A stretch of DNA of 64,000 bases from Eledone cirrhosa (GCA_964016885.1 OZ024745.1:105462001-105526000); one strand, 5' to 3'. Positions 14,900-31,168 are shown, numbered from the stretch's first letter. Program-made: numbers and translations. The notes: generated by a model from the letters alone, not told the origin.

Positions 14900-16100
14900 A
14901 TTGTAAAGATTTCTCAGGGTTAGGATTTTATAGTATTTCCAATTACACTTAAAGGCGTTTTCTTTATTGCTAGTCGCAATGCATCGTTTGAATACCTGTA
15001 GAGTAAATGTAGTTTTATCTTAAGAATTCGTATATAATGTAGAAGAGTTCCAGCCAGTGGGAAAAGATTCAGCTTCATCCAAATGTCTAGATGAAGGAAT
15101 TTAGTATAATAAACACCCATGAAATGATACATTAGCAGAGATTGATGGATGATATCGATAAGTAGTAATGAGCAGAAACATGTAAAGTTCAACTCAATCA
15201 ACAAATCTCGGATAAACGATGTTCAACTTTGGTTTCTGCATTGTTATATGGAAATGCTACATATTTAAAACAAATACAATACGCTAATATATCCCAGTTA
15301 TAGTTCTGTGAGAAAATATAGCCTCTATTTATAAGTCTGCTAATACATCGGAAATCTTCCTGTAAATCCGTATTTATGGTCCAAGATCCACTGGGAGTGC
15401 CCACCCATAATCTTTATTTAGGATAGTATGATGTTAAGTTAGTGTAATATTTAACAGTACATTAACGCTTATTAATATACTTTCGAGAGTTCTCCACATA
15501 TGTAAAAGTCGATGACTTAGTTAAACATGCACTTCTTATTTCTTTCAGCTAGGTAGAAGCAAGACATTTTCAAACAACAAAGGAAGTAGTATAGTGTATT
15601 GAATCGATCATAATATATTAATAGCGATGGTATGAATATGTAGGTTCATGTATGGGTGAAAGTTTAAAGTTGACTCTGCCAAATCCTAACCTCTGAACGG
15701 GTTGGTCAAAGCTAAAAGCAATACGACGTTCAACTCATTTTTCACAACACCTCAGATTTAAAGCCAATGGGAAATGAGAATGGGTAGCATTCCCATCTTT
15801 CTCAGAGGATTTGCAATATCGATGTGAAACATGTTTTATTGGGACATGCCAACCAATGAAATTTGACAACATTCACCCAGTGAAATCTGACAACTCATCT
15901 AGTGTACCCAACATTCTTCTTGTTCTCCCGTCTATGTCTCAGGTCTCATATCCAATGTTAAACATTTTTGTAATCCGTCCCATACAGAATTAAGACATTT
16001 TGGTTTTTCTACCCAATTTACGTCTTCCTTACAGCTATCAACTTACAGAAGATCAAGCTGCACATTGACCTTCACTATATTGATCTCCACTGTATGAAAA
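14900..16100 (-). pseudogene. Heavily decayed pogo-like DNA transposase relic
   Basis: Frameshifted, collinear fragments resembling KLGRK, LNLR..E..R...F, MGTPSGS and TT.R..Q.L.VSF.G; tandem GTAACTGGC motifs at 13863-13889. Confidence 0.45.
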
Positions 16101-16391
16101 GGTCTGCAAAGGTTGTAGGCAACTAAATAATGTTAAAAACACATATTCTATGGTGCCATTCACAGAAAGCAAAAACAATACTCACATTCCTCTATAATTA
16201 ATGTGATTTAAATAATTTAAATCATTTTCTTATTTGCTTCTTTATAGAACTTGGTCGACATTTACAAAAAGCAAAAAAAACAAAATAAAAAAAAACATGA
16301 AAACGAATAATTAAACAAACTAAAATAAAGTTTTGCGGTTGTCATAGTTTTACTTTGCTGTAAAGGAAGCCGTTGCATAATTTCTCTCACT

Positions 16392-16432
<41 letters not shown>

Positions 16433-16609
16433 ACACACACACACACGCTCACTCACTCACTCACTTACTCACTCACTCACATACAGAGAGAGAGAGAGAG
16501 ACACACACACACACACATCTACTCACACACACTTACACTCCCCCACCCCACCCCCTATATCCACTCACACCCACACACCGACTCACACACACATACGCAC
16601 TCACACACT

Positions 16610-16659
<50 letters not shown>

Positions 16660-17714
16660 CGTACACAAACCCACAAAACGTCAAATGTAATAATTTTATT
16701 CGTAGTTGATTGGAGTCAGTAGAGTATATTTGTTGTCGCTTGCGAAATAAATCAATGTAGCAGACAAGACACGTCCACAGTTAGATAACTTTCTGTACGC
16801 ATGACTGTGTGTTCATTATTAATCTTTTCTTCATCATATTTCTAATGACATTCATTTCATTTCAATTAATTAATGAAGAATTTGGAAGGATTTACACAAA
16901 TTATTAATTATTTAATTATTAAGACAGTCTTTGTAACAAATGGTTCTTATATAAAATTATGTTGGAAGATTTTAATTTAAACAGGAACGCAATAAATTGT
17001 GCGGCTTTGTTTTTTTTTCATACGACTAGTGCCGGTTAATTTCAGATTGATACACAATGGTGTCTAAATAGATAATTTGGAGCCAATATAATAGATTGTA
17101 TCTCTCCTCATTATTCGAGACCATGTAACTATGTTAGAAATTGAATTTCGGCGACTTTCAGTATTATCCTCAATGTGTTAAGATCTTATATATTGAAGGA
17201 AGCGTTTCAAATTCAAAGATATGCATTATGTGTGGCATGTTTTCAATGAGAACAGACGTAACAGCAAACAGACATAGACTGTTGAACGTCCTTTCACACA
17301 CATTCATGGTCTTCCAGATCAGAGTTTATGTTGTGCTTCCATGGCCTTCGGTGATATGGAGATATAATCAGTTGCGTCTCTCGGATTTTAAAAACATATA
17401 CACCAAACGAATAAAACGCATAGGACAGAATTTCAACATAGTATATAGAAACATGTGAAAAAAATATATATATGCAACTCAAACCAAAAATGAAACATTT
17501 GAAAAGCTACCCATCAAAACCGGTTAAGAACAAAAAAATATTTACATCATCATGACTATATCTGAAATTCTCCATAGATCTTAAAAAGAAAGTAAAACAA
17601 AAGAAAATCCGTAATTAATATTTGATGGAAAATAATCTCTTTCGTTGTGTATTATAAACATTGCATATATATATAAAAAACATTAGACGCATCTTCAAAT
17701 ATGTATTATTATTG

Positions 17715-17875
17715 AGACGCCATGCCTTGCAGCATAGAGTTACGGCCTTTTACGGCCTGAGTTTGAATACCGCCAAGGTTAACTATGCCTTTCATCCTTA
17801 CGGGGTCGATAAAGTAAAGTACCAGTAATGCACTGGAGTATTTTGCTGGCCGTGTGACAAAAGTAGAAACAATTA
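17715..17875 (-). mobile_element. MetaSINE-like SINE (sense sequence actually reads on the plus strand from 17715)
   Basis: GCCTTTCATCCTTACGGGGTCGATAAA central domain and tail are present as written on the plus strand; 5' truncated. Confidence 0.6.
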
Positions 17876-17896
17876 TTTTCCACACACACACACACC

Positions 17897-17936
<40 letters not shown>

Positions 17937-18189
17937 AGGGCAAAGAGTTAAACATCCCAGCGGTCACAAATGACCATGAGACTTGCACCTAGAAAGGTCC
18001 CCTCCGAGGCAAGTGGTGTGTTTGTGTGGAAGACCGGTCTCCTCTCTGCATGCTACCAATTTTGTCAAAGGGAAAATGATTTGGAGGAAACGAATATCTG
18101 AAAAAAGACACGTGTATCATTATATATATATCTGTATGTTGTTGTTGGTTGAGAGAAAAGTGTTCTCAATACTGAAGTAGAGTTAATGT

Positions 18190-18230
18190 CTGATGACCCT
18201 GTGATAAACAGGCGAAAATCCAGAGTAATA
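18190..18230 (+). ncRNA. Degenerate hammerhead motif
   Basis: CTGATGA c cctgt gataa acagg c GAAA; stems I and III poor. Confidence 0.4.
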
Positions 18231-18261
18231 AGCTGCACTATTTAACCTTAATAAAATGAAT

Positions 18262-19102
<841 letters not shown>

Positions 19103-19970
19103 TGGTGGGTGCCAACTCGTTTTCGAGTACGGCCACTACTTTATATCCATGTAGGAGAACTCCTACTGATGCGCTGAACGAGTGTGACTTTTTAGTCCAG
19201 CCAGCGACTTGAAAACTCTAGTACAAACACTACACTTGTGACAATTATTGACACATAGTGCTGGGCCCTTGGTACCATGTAACGACAAGTGCAGAGAGAT
19301 CTCCAGATATAAAGCAATGCCTGTGCCGTGAAGCTTTTATAGTGAGCAAAGGTACTGCACAAGCCAGTCCCACTCTCTTAACGAAGATGGTATTTACCAA
19401 AAAGAAGAACAAGTCAACATCATTGGATACCATCAGGGTTGCAGGTGTTATATCAGAGTTTTCCTTCTCCTAGAATTCTGCCTTAACAAAGGCTAAGGGG
19501 TCATCTCTCCCGGTGATTTTGGATGGCCATTGACTCTTAAGAGCTCCTTTGCCCTTTGACAGGTTTTGTTTTTAGTCCTGAAGGATGTCCAAGGTCACCC
19601 TCCTCACCAAGAAACCTTGGTGGGGTTGCCAGTTTAGTCGCCAACGACCCGACCAATTATGGACACATAGTGCTGGGCCCATAGTACCATGTGACGACAA
19701 ATGCAGAGAGATCTCCAGATATAAAGCAATGCTTGTGCCGACAAATGCAGAGAGATCTCCAGATATAAAGCAATGCCTGTGCCGTGAAGCTTTTATAGTG
19801 AGCAAAGGCACTGCACAAAGCCAGTCCCACTCTCTTAACCAAGATGATATTTACCAAAAAGAAGAAAAAGTCAACAACATTGGATACCATCAGGGTTGCA
19901 GGTGTTATATCAGAGTTTTCCTTCTCCTAGAATTCTGCCTTGACAAAGGCTAAGGGGTCATCTCTCCCGG
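19103..19970 (-). mobile_element. Bipartite RTE-derived element with internal tandem duplication
   Basis: About 19245-19513 repeated at about 19655-19970. Confidence 0.75.
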
Positions 19971-20004
19971 AGATAAATACATAAATACATACATATATAT
20001 ATAC

Positions 20005-20090
<86 letters not shown>

Positions 20091-20125
20091 GTATATATAT
20101 ATATATATATGTATATATATGTATA

Positions 20126-20262
<137 letters not shown>

Positions 20263-20466
20263 TTTCTGAATTTGTTTAGCAAGATTCTTTATCTGAAAAC
20301 GTGTGTAGAAACCGATATTGTTATACTTTGGGAGGGCCATGTCGCCAATAAGAAACACACGCACCAGTGTTTCACTTCAATTTATTATAGTAAATTTATA
20401 AATTTAGGAATTTATAAATTTCCGGTTGGTTGATTGGTTCCACAACCAGATGATTGTTTATATATT

Positions 20467-20509
20467 GTCAAAGTTCTTTCGTCACACATTATGTGACCTC
20501 TTCAGTGAC
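20467..20509 (-). ncRNA. Type I hammerhead ribozyme motif
   Basis: Minus strand: gtca CTGAAGA ggtcac..gtgac GAAA GAAC TT tgac. Confidence 0.8.
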
Positions 20510-20764
20510 TGGGGATTCTTTTATTTGTTTTTGTGCCTCTCCTTTGTTCTGTCCTACGCCATCTTGTTTTTTTGTGTGTGTTGTGTGCTTAGTTTGCGTA
20601 TGTGTTACATCCGGGTGTCTGTGTGTGTTTATATTTGTTTATTTATTTGTTTATTTACATGTTACTGGTTGGTTGTTTGTACTATGTGCGTGTGTGTTTT
20701 CAATGTGTCCTTAATTGTAAGTTGTGATGTTGCTGTTCCACTCATGTTTTCTATTTAATTTTGG

Positions 20765-21045
20765 TTAGAGTTCATTTATGTTTATTGCCTCTGTGATTTG
20801 TCTAAACAATGCGTCTTTTCTGTGTGTAGATTCTATTTTTATTTCTATGTTCTCTAATTTACCCTTCAGTTCTATTTTAGCATGTTGGTAGAGTACAGAT
20901 GATTCTTTACTATCTTGAAGGTCTAGCCAGTGTTCATTTATCCGTTCCCCTATACTACGAGCTGTCTCACCTATGTACACTATATTTTATCACTACAGTA
21001 CATCTTATGCTATATACTACATTTCTAGTTTTACAGTTAATAGGG
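20765..21045 (-). pseudogene. GIY-YIG endonuclease domain fragment of a Penelope-like element
   Basis: VVY..YIGET..R..EH motifs; reading frame broken between VVY and YIG. Confidence 0.85.
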
Positions 21046-21089
21046 GGCTTAATTTACAGATTATACATTTCTTATCTATATATATTTCT

Positions 21090-21123
<34 letters not shown>

Positions 21124-22204
21124 TATGCTCGTTCGTTTGAACAGATGTCTAAAAAATCTTATAATTATGTATTGAACTAGTTTGAATTCTACAACAGTTC
21201 AGTTAATATAATAGGTCGTGAAGCAGATTTAATTAATTTTCTATAGTGATGAAAGAAAAGAAAGGTTAATGCAGTTTTCGATGACACATATAACACGCTT
21301 CAGAATAGTGTTAGCGTCGCAGTATGCCAGTGAGATAGATGCAATTTGACCTATTGATCAGGTCGCCTCAGCAATTATTTCCTAGAAGCAGTTGCTGGTA
21401 GTTGTTTTGATGTATGTGCGGTTATGCCACAAGAAGTAAGTGATCTAGAAAAACACCAAGAAGTCAAATCATTTTGCTTGCAAATTTGGTTATTTCTGTA
21501 GATTGTTAAAATTAATTTCTCACTAATTGGAGGTTTTATTTTTGGGCCATGTGCAGGTATGTCTAAACATACTTATTGGCTAATGCTTGTGTCTTCTATC
21601 GGGTCTATTGATTTTAAATTTCGTTATTTCTATCGTCTATTAAAATCAGTTTCTCAGTGCTGCTTACATATTCATTGACACTAAGTTTATGTCTATTTAC
21701 AAGAAGAAATTCAATTAGGATTGTCGTTGCATATTGTCTACTTGACTGCGTATTTTGGTATATGTTATTGAAATATTTCTATGATATTTGGTCTGTGTGA
21801 GTCCTTTCCGCACTCCACAAAAAGGGAAAATGTATCATTCCCACCTTTTTATATATAATCAAAGCCCTTCAAAGTATCACTGATATCTGGGAAATGGCCT
21901 GAGTATAGAATCATCAGTTTAATATTTCACTTTAGGCATAGGAATTACTGTCTGGCTAAGGAGTTTTTCCACAGGAAATCTTACGTATCATTGAAATTTT
22001 CTTTACAATCTTCTTACACCACCTTCTTCTTACCCGTCTATTTTCCACTCCCACCCTAGTAACTTCAATATGCCCAATCTCAAATCTTTTCTCCGCCAGC
22101 TCCATTCTACTCTCAACATGAATGGACCTGTTATTTTTATCTAATGACATTTTTTCCAATAAAAAACCCGCCCGTCCCCTCAATATGTCTTATTTCTCAT
22201 TGTT

Positions 22205-22240
22205 TCTTCTGATGAAGGTCTAAAGTCCGAAACGTTAAGA
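22205..22240 (+). ncRNA. Minimal hammerhead motif of Penelope 3'-end type
   Basis: tctt CTGATGA agg..cc GAAA CG TT aaga; followed by about 85 bp then (CA)n. Confidence 0.65.
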
Positions 22241-22321
22241 CCCTCTTCCTGCTATATCAAGCGTTAACCTAATATATCCCTTCCATCTACTATAACGATT
22301 GTGTTGTTATTTGTGTTTACC

Positions 22322-22429
<108 letters not shown>

Positions 22430-22442
22430 TATATATATATAT

Positions 22443-22474
<32 letters not shown>

Positions 22475-22502
22475 CACATATAAATATATATATATATATA
22501 CA

Positions 22503-22540
<38 letters not shown>

Positions 22541-22552
22541 GTATATATATGT

Positions 22553-23190
22553 ATGGTGGCTGCCAACTCGTTTTCGAGTACGGCCACCACTTTACATCCA
22601 TGTAGGATAACCCCTACCGAAGCGCTGAACGAGTGTGACTTTTTAGTCCAGCCAGCGACTTGAAACCTCTGGTACAAACACTACACCTGTGACAATTATT
22701 GACACATAGTGCTAGGCCCATGGTAGGACAATTATTGACACATAGTGCTGGACCCATGTGAGGACAAGTGCAGAGAGATCTCCAGATATAAAGCAATGCC
22801 TGTGCCGTGAAGCTTTTATAGTGAGCAAAGGCACTGCACAAAGCCAGTCCCACTCTCTTAACCAAGATGATATTTACCAAAAAGAAGAACAAGTCAACAT
22901 CATTGGATACCATCAGAGTTGCAGGTGTTATATCAGAGTTTTCCTTCTCCTAAAATTCTGCCTTGACAAAGGCTAAGGGGTCATCTCTCCCGGTGATTTT
23001 GGATGGCCATTGACTCTTAAGAGCTCCTTTGCCCTTTGACAGGTTTTGTTTTTAGTCCTGCAGGATGTCCAAAGTCACCCTCCTCACCAAGAAACCTTGG
23101 TGGGGTTGCCAGTTTAGTCGCCAACGACCCGACCATGAGACAGGTTGTACTGGGATACATGTTACCAGTAGCACCAACTGGTGACCTGAC
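22553..23190 (-). mobile_element. Bipartite RTE-derived element, longest copy
   Basis: RTE 5'-UTR-like AGGAGAAGGAAAACTCTG plus a 3' segment encoding [20 protein letters not shown]. Confidence 0.8.
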
Positions 23191-23232
23191 ATAATATATG
23201 TGTATATAATATATGTATATATATATATATAC

Positions 23233-23274
<42 letters not shown>

Positions 23275-23275
23275 G

Positions 23276-23325
<50 letters not shown>

Positions 23326-23332
23326 TATATAC

Positions 23333-23416
<84 letters not shown>

Positions 23417-23419
23417 TTC

Positions 23420-23964
23420 AGGTTATCAATAATGTAGTGATAATATATCGTTACGTTAGAGATGAACAGCGTACGTGTAGGTTTGCTCAACGAGTATAAA
23501 TTATATTCCGGAGAAAATGTAGAAAAGATGAATATAAAATGAAAGTGCTTTTTTTAAAAAGGAATTTATTAGGTATTGACATATGTTTCTGTAATAGACG
23601 GAATACCTATGTATCGCTGCTTGCGTAATCATATAATGTTAGCAAGTATTCGATAGCAAATGTATAATCAGTTGTCACTTCTTCAGAGATTTTGGATAAA
23701 TTGGATAAAATCAGAAAAATTGAAGTATTTATATTAGTAATAGAGGAAGAAGAGAGGGGATAGTATATGACAGATGCTAATTCAATTTACTGCTAAACAA
23801 GTATATAAAGGGTTTCTAATGAGAATACCATGAGTAAATGGTTTATTTTATCTAAATAAGAATTTTTGGGAGTGCCAATTTTAATCTATACTTGACCAAT
23901 TGGACAGTGGACAGGGCTGGTCATTTGGTGTAGTAGTAGTATATATATATATATATATCTATAC

Positions 23965-23997
<33 letters not shown>

Positions 23998-24500
23998 CAT
24001 ATATAATTGGGAATCAGTAAAATCGAATCTCTGGCGGTTTGCAAGTAATTCGGCCTACTTATATGAAGTGATGGGTTAGCGAAGCACTCGATAAGATAGG
24101 TCTCAGAGTTATAACATACGTTTAAATAGCTTGACAAATCGGACATTTTGGTAGTCTAAACTAACACACAATACATACCAAAGTAACGAAGAAACTAATC
24201 AGGTTGAGAAAAATAGACCTGGACAAATCAGACGAGCGTTTGAAATGTTTCTCTGACTCCGAAATCAAATATCAGACTTACTTTAGTGGCAAGTTCATGG
24301 TATTGGTGACTGAACAGAGGAATCAGTTTATCAGCAGGTTTTCGTTCTGGTTAGGATCAGGAGTGATAAAATATGTTGCTGCTCTCACGGCTGCTAATCG
24401 TATCTATATTTATCACGTGTTAATTCCGGCAAGGGAAATAACCCCTGGTTTTTGGCGGGTCATTCAAATGCTAGCAAATGGAAATATTTAAATTTCCGCT
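23420..24500 (-). mobile_element. Decayed Penelope-like fragment
   Basis: Frameshifted TYLIEC..(Y)VGR.T..RF and LETLYI; downstream CTGAAGA..GAAACATATGTC with no good stem I. Confidence 0.5.
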
Positions 24501-24596
24501 AATCATCATGATAAGTTCTTGACTAGGTGTTATAAAACTAACACAAATAAATGTATATATATATATACATATATATATATATGTATATATATATAC

Positions 24597-24627
<31 letters not shown>

Positions 24628-24647
24628 CATATAAATATATGTATAAG

Positions 24648-24695
<48 letters not shown>

Positions 24696-24970
24696 CATAT
24701 ATATATATGTGTATATGTATATATATATATACATATATATATGTGTATATATATGTATATATATATATATATACATACATACATATATATATACATATAT
24801 ACATACATACATATATATATATATACATTTATACATACATACATATATATATATATACATTTATACATACATATATATATATATGATGGCTGCCCCCTCG
24901 TTATCGAGTATGGCCATTGCACGAGGATAAAAAAAAAATTAATAAATAAAAAATAAGATAAAAAAAAAGA

Positions 24971-25040
<70 letters not shown>

Positions 25041-25055
25041 TACATATATATATAC

Positions 25056-25102
<47 letters not shown>

Positions 25103-25279
25103 CATACAGACAGACATACACATAAACACACACACACATATACACACACACATACATTAATAACAATAATAATAATAATAACAACAATAATAATAACGAC
25201 AACAACAATAATAATATACATATACATATATATATACACATACAGGCACACACATAAGCATATCTACACACACACACAC

Positions 25280-26707
25280 GATAGCAACTAACAGTGCTGC
25301 GATCGAATGTGGCTTTTTAGCCCAGCCAATGATCTAAACTGTCTTGCGCAGAGTCGGCAACCAAAACATTCACTGGGAATAGTCGGCTGTGGTTGGAGTT
25401 CGTGTACTTTTGCATGTCGCTTGAGCCCTCCTGCTGATTTACATTCTCTACCACATGTTTGGCAAGCATGATGAGTAGCATCTCCAACAGCAGCCTGGTA
25501 GTCAACCACTGGTCTTACTTTATGACTGCGAAGATGACTTTCGAGTCCAGCTTTGCTTAGGCAGAGTCTCGCACAGACGCTGCATGTCAGCATCATAGGA
25601 GTACCCTCGCCGTCTGGAAGTGCAACAGCAATGCCCTTCCTCACATCCCGCTTTACTTTCTCGTATGCGATTCGAGATGCCTCAAAAGCAACTTTTCCCT
25701 CATATACAGTCTTTCTCCATTTATTACGATCAGCAGCAATATTTTCCCATGTATCAGCAGAGATGTTAGCGTCTTTCAGAGAGGCTTTCAAGGAATCCTT
25801 ATACCTCTTTTTTGGTTTATGTGGCGGTCGTTTTCCTTTAACCAACTCTCCATAAAAGGGTTGTTTTGGTATTCTAGAATCCTTCATCCTGGCAATGTGA
25901 CCACTCCAACGGAGTCGTTGCTTAAGCACAAGAGCTTCTATACAGTCACACATAGAGCTTTCCAAAATCTCGATATCACTGATGTGGTCCCTCCAGTGAA
26001 CGCCATGGATCCGTCTGAGACACATCTGATGGAAACGCTCCAATTGCTTAAGGTGGTGTCGATATGTGACCCAGGTCTCGCAGGCATAAAGAAGACAAGA
26101 GAGTACACATGCCCTGTACACCTTTACCTTTGTCCTCCTGCATATGTCTCGCCGACCCCAGAGTCGCCTTTCTAGCTTTCCGAAAGCATCACTTGCTTTC
26201 CTAATCCTAAGTGAGATTTCACTGTCAAGGTTGCTGTATCGATTGACAGTGCTTCCCAGGTAGACAAACTGATCAACCACTCCAAGTCGTTTGCCATACA
26301 CATAGATGTTTGGTTCAGTGTACTGCTTACCAGGGGCAGGTTGGTACATGACGACGGTTTTCTTGAGACGGACAGTCAAACCTAGGGCAGTGCAAGCGTC
26401 AGAAAATGCATTCAAAATGTGCTGCATATCACTCTCTGTGTGCGCTACAAGATCGCAATCATCTGCATACAAGAGGTCTCTTATGATTGATGTAAATACT
26501 TTTGTCTTCGCAGCAAAGCGCCTGATGTTAAATATGCTGCCTGAGTTTCGATATCGGATGTAAACACCATGCTCGCAATTCCTGAATGCAATACAGAAAA
26601 CCATTGCAAAGTATATGGCAAACAGGGTCGGTGCTGGAATATCCCCCTGTTTCACTCCATTTTTTACTGAGATAGGCTCCGACATGTTACCTCCGACATT
26701 AACCTAC
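25280..26707 (-). mobile_element. 5'-truncated RTE-clade LINE
   Basis: Uninterrupted ORF; (GT)n just after the stop codon. Confidence 0.93.
25288..26685 (-). CDS. RTE reverse transcriptase C-terminal half plus three C2H2 zinc fingers (truncated; the Met is internal)
   Basis: [40 protein letters not shown]; three CxxC-x12-HxxxH-type fingers. Confidence 0.9.
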   Translation of the reverse strand: MSEPISVKNGVKQGDIPAPTLFAIYFAMVFCIAFRNCEHGVYIRYRNSGSIFNIRRFAAKTKVFTSIIRDLLYADDCDLVAHTESDMQHILNAFSDACTALGLTVRLKKTVVMYQPAPGKQYTEPNIYVYGKRLGVVDQFVYLGSTVNRYSNLDSEISLRIRKASDAFGKLERRLWGRRDICRRTKVKVYRACVLSCLLYACETWVTYRHHLKQLERFHQMCLRRIHGVHWRDHISDIEILESSMCDCIEALVLKQRLRWSGHIARMKDSRIPKQPFYGELVKGKRPPHKPKKRYKDSLKASLKDANISADTWENIAADRNKWRKTVYEGKVAFEASRIAYEKVKRDVRKGIAVALPDGEGTPMMLTCSVCARLCLSKAGLESHLRSHKVRPVVDYQAAVGDATHHACQTCGRECKSAGGLKRHAKVHELQPQPTIPSECFGCRLCARQFRSLAGLKSHIRSQHC

Positions 26708-27558
<851 letters not shown>

Positions 27559-27560
27559 AC

Positions 27561-29332
27561 ATATAGCTTAGAGTTTACACTCAATGGGGTCATTTACAAT
27601 CATTTCAGCTCTAAGAATCGCTTCTGAGCAGAATAAATTAATATTTGATGAACATTTACATGTTTTAGTTGCAATTGACTAATAAAATCGCTAGAATGAA
27701 ATATCTTAATTCAACAACATAAAGTTTGCCTGTACGATCTAAAAAATAATAAATCAATACTCACAGACTCATATGGGCAAAAAGCCTTGCTACCTAGACA
27801 CGTTTAAAATTCAAAATACAAACTTTTTCCGCAGATCGGTCAGAACTTCAAACTTTAAACATGTTTCACAAAGGATGGTATAATAGTGAAATAATTAATT
27901 AATTAATTAGTAGTGAGTTCATCAATTTTCTGTGTATCAATAGGTACCCAGATAAATTAAATAACTTCACCTCAGAAAAATATCTAAGGTCTGGTTAGCG
28001 TAGCGAAAATACACGAGGTTTTGCACACGGCTTATTCCAGTCCTCTAACGTCCCACACATAGTGCTAGAAAGAACAGCCGTTTATATGGTATTACAAATT
28101 CAGCTCACCTGGGGGAGCAGTAATATAGCTTAGAGTTTACACTCAATGGGGTCATTTATAATCATTTCAGCTCTAAGAATCGCTTCTGAGCAGAATAAAT
28201 TAATATTTGATGAACATTTACTTGTTTTAGTTGCAATTGACTAATAAAATCGCTAGAATGAAATATCTTAATTCAACAACATAAAGTTTGCCTGTAAGAT
28301 CTAAAAAATAATAAATCAATACTCACAGACTCATATGGGCAAAAAGCCTTGCTACCTAGACACGTTTAAAATTCAAAATACAAACTTTTTCCGCAGATCG
28401 GTCAGAACTTCAAACTTCAAACATGTTTCACAAAGGATGGTATAATAGTGAAATAATTAATTAATTAATTAGTAGTGAGTTAATCAATTTTCTGTGTTTA
28501 TCAATAGGTACCCAGATAAATTAAATAACTTCACCTCAGAAAAATATCTAAGGTCTGGTTAGCGTAGCGAAAATACACGAGGTTTTGCACACAGCTTATT
28601 CCAGTCCTCTAACGTCCCACACATAGTGCTAGAAAGAACAGCCGTTTATATGGGATTACAAATTCAGCTCACCTGGGGGAGCAGTAATATAGCTTAGAGT
28701 TTACACTCAATGGGGTCATTTACAATCATTTCAGCTCTAAGAATCGCTTCCGAGCAGAATAAATTAATATTTGATGAACATTTACATGTTTTAGTTGCAA
28801 TTGACTAATAAAATCGCTAGAATGAAATATCTTAATTCAACAACATAAAGTTTGCCTGTACGATCTAAAAAATAATAAATCAATACTCACAGACTCATAT
28901 GGGCAAAAAGTTTGCCTTTTGCATTTTGAATTTTAAACGTTAGAGGACTGGAATAAGCCGTGTGCAAAACCTCGTGTATTTTCGCTACGCTAACCAGACC
29001 TTAGATATTTTTCTGAGGTGAAGTTATTTAATTTATCTGGGTACCTATTGATAAACACAGAAAATTGATGAACTCACTACTAATTAATTAATTAATTATT
29101 TCACTATTATACCATCCTTTGTGAAACATGTTTGAAGTTTGAAGTTCTGACCGATCTGCGGAAAAAGTTTGTATTTTGAATTTTAAACGTGTCTAGGTAG
29201 CAAGGCTTTTTGCCCATATGAGTCTGTGAGTATTGATTTATTAATTTTTAGATCGTACAGGCAAACTTTATGTTGTTGAATTAAGATATTTCATTCTAGC
29301 GATTTTATTAGTCAATTGCAACTAAAACATGT
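27561..29332. repeat. 562/564-bp tandem repeat (about 2.4 copies) plus an inverted partial copy
   Basis: Units start at 27561, 28123 and 28687; about 28920-29332 is the reverse complement of unit segments. Confidence 0.92.
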
Positions 29333-29662
29333 ATATAGATACATATATATATATACTAGCATTAAAGCCCGGCGTGGCTCGGGGTCAGTAAGTTACCAAA
29401 GTTAGGTTGCACCACCCATTTTATGGCAGCACTTTTTTGTCTGCCAGGCACTGGGTGAATGAATTGCAGACCTGGACTGCCGAAGTAGGAGCTGTGCCAG
29501 CAGTGACAATTGTAGTTTCGCCTATGGATATTATCTCTGTGGAAAGAAGTGTTGAAATTTATTGTTTCACAGTACTTGCGCAACACGCGCGTAGACGATG
29601 CCAGCCGAGCAGCAGAGCTGCGATGGAGTTGTTCTGCATGGTTGTCTTATGTGTGTTTTCAA

Positions 29663-30190
29663 AATTTAAGACAGTAGTGAGGGGTGTGGTATGGGGGAGA
29701 GTTAGCTGCTGTTTCTAGCAGGTTTAGTGACCACATAGAGGATATGTTTTCTAAATTTAAGACAGTAGGGAGTGGTGTGATATGGGGGAGAGTTAGCTGC
29801 TGTTTCTAGCAGGTTTAGTGACCACATAGAGGATATGTTTTCTAAATTTAAGACAGTAGGGAGTGGTGTGATATGGGGGAGAGTTAGCTGCTGTTTCTAG
29901 CAGGTTTATTGACCACATACAGGATATTATTTTGTATAGTAAATGAACTGATACTTCTTTCTTCCACGTTCGTTGATAGATGTTTTAAAAAAGATTTATC
30001 GCTATTTTCTTTGTTGTTGAATAAATTTATCTGTTGCTTTTGAATATGGGGGAGAGTTAGCTGCTGTTTCTAGCAGGTTTAGTGACCTAATAGAGGATAT
30101 GTTTTCTAAATTTAAGACAGCAGGGAGTGGTATGATATGGGGGAGAGTTAGCTGCCGTTTCTAGCAGGTTTAGTGACCTCATAGAGGATA
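29663..30190. repeat. 91-bp minisatellite
   Basis: atgggggagagttagctg at 29691, 29782, 29873, 30046 and 30137. Confidence 0.9.
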
Positions 30191-30647
30191 TTATTGTGTA
30201 TAGTAAATGAACAGATACTTCTTTCTTACACGTTCGTTGATAGATGTTTTAAAAAAGATCTATCGCTATTTTTTTTGTTGTTGATAAATTTATCTGTTGC
30301 TTTTGAATAATTGTTGTTTCGTATGAAATGTAATAACTTCTCTTTGTCATTGAAGTAAATAAATGTTTGACCGTTCCACACTCAAAAACAAACGTCCCCT
30401 CTCTCTCTCTTAAAGTTTAAGGGGAGTAGGGAGAGGGAAGCTGATTGTATTAGAGGGGTAAAGCGTCATGTATTTAGTTTTATCAATTATTTCCATAATT
30501 GTGTGTGAGTGTGAATGAAATAAATAGTCGTTGACCTAAGTTCGACGATTACCAACATTCTGACAGACTTTGAGTCGAATCGGTTTGAAATTGTACAAAT
30601 GTATAAACATGGAACATGCACACACACAACAACAACAATCTGCCTTT

Positions 30648-30822
30648 TATAATTGTTTCAACTTTAGGCACAAGTGCATTACTAGTACTTTATCTTATCG
30701 ACCCCACAAGGATGAAAGGCAAAGTCAACCTCGGCGGGATTTGAACTCAGATCGTAAAGGGACGTAACTATGCTGGACAGCATGGCGTCCGACCCTCTAC
30801 CGATACTGCCAATCCACTGCCT
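30648..30822 (-). mobile_element. MetaSINE-like SINE
   Basis: Family match; ctgccttttata on both sides. Confidence 0.8.
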
Positions 30823-30863
30823 TTTATAGATAATGATATATATACATATGTATATATATATAC

Positions 30864-30894
<31 letters not shown>

Positions 30895-31011
30895 CATATA
30901 TATGTACATACATACATACATATATATATACATATATATATACATATATATATGCATATATATATATATACATACATATATATATATATACATATATATA
31001 CATATATATAC

Positions 31012-31085
<74 letters not shown>

Positions 31086-31098
31086 GTATATCTATATA

Positions 31099-31138
<40 letters not shown>

Positions 31139-31168
31139 CCTATATATATATATATATATATATATACC

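Larger units (their letters stand above)
29356..30830 (-). mobile_element. Non-autonomous Helitron-like element
   Basis: Minus strand begins A|TC and ends with a CCCG..CGGG hairpin plus CTAG|T; internal 91-bp tandem repeats; SINE nested at 30648-30822. Confidence 0.65.
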
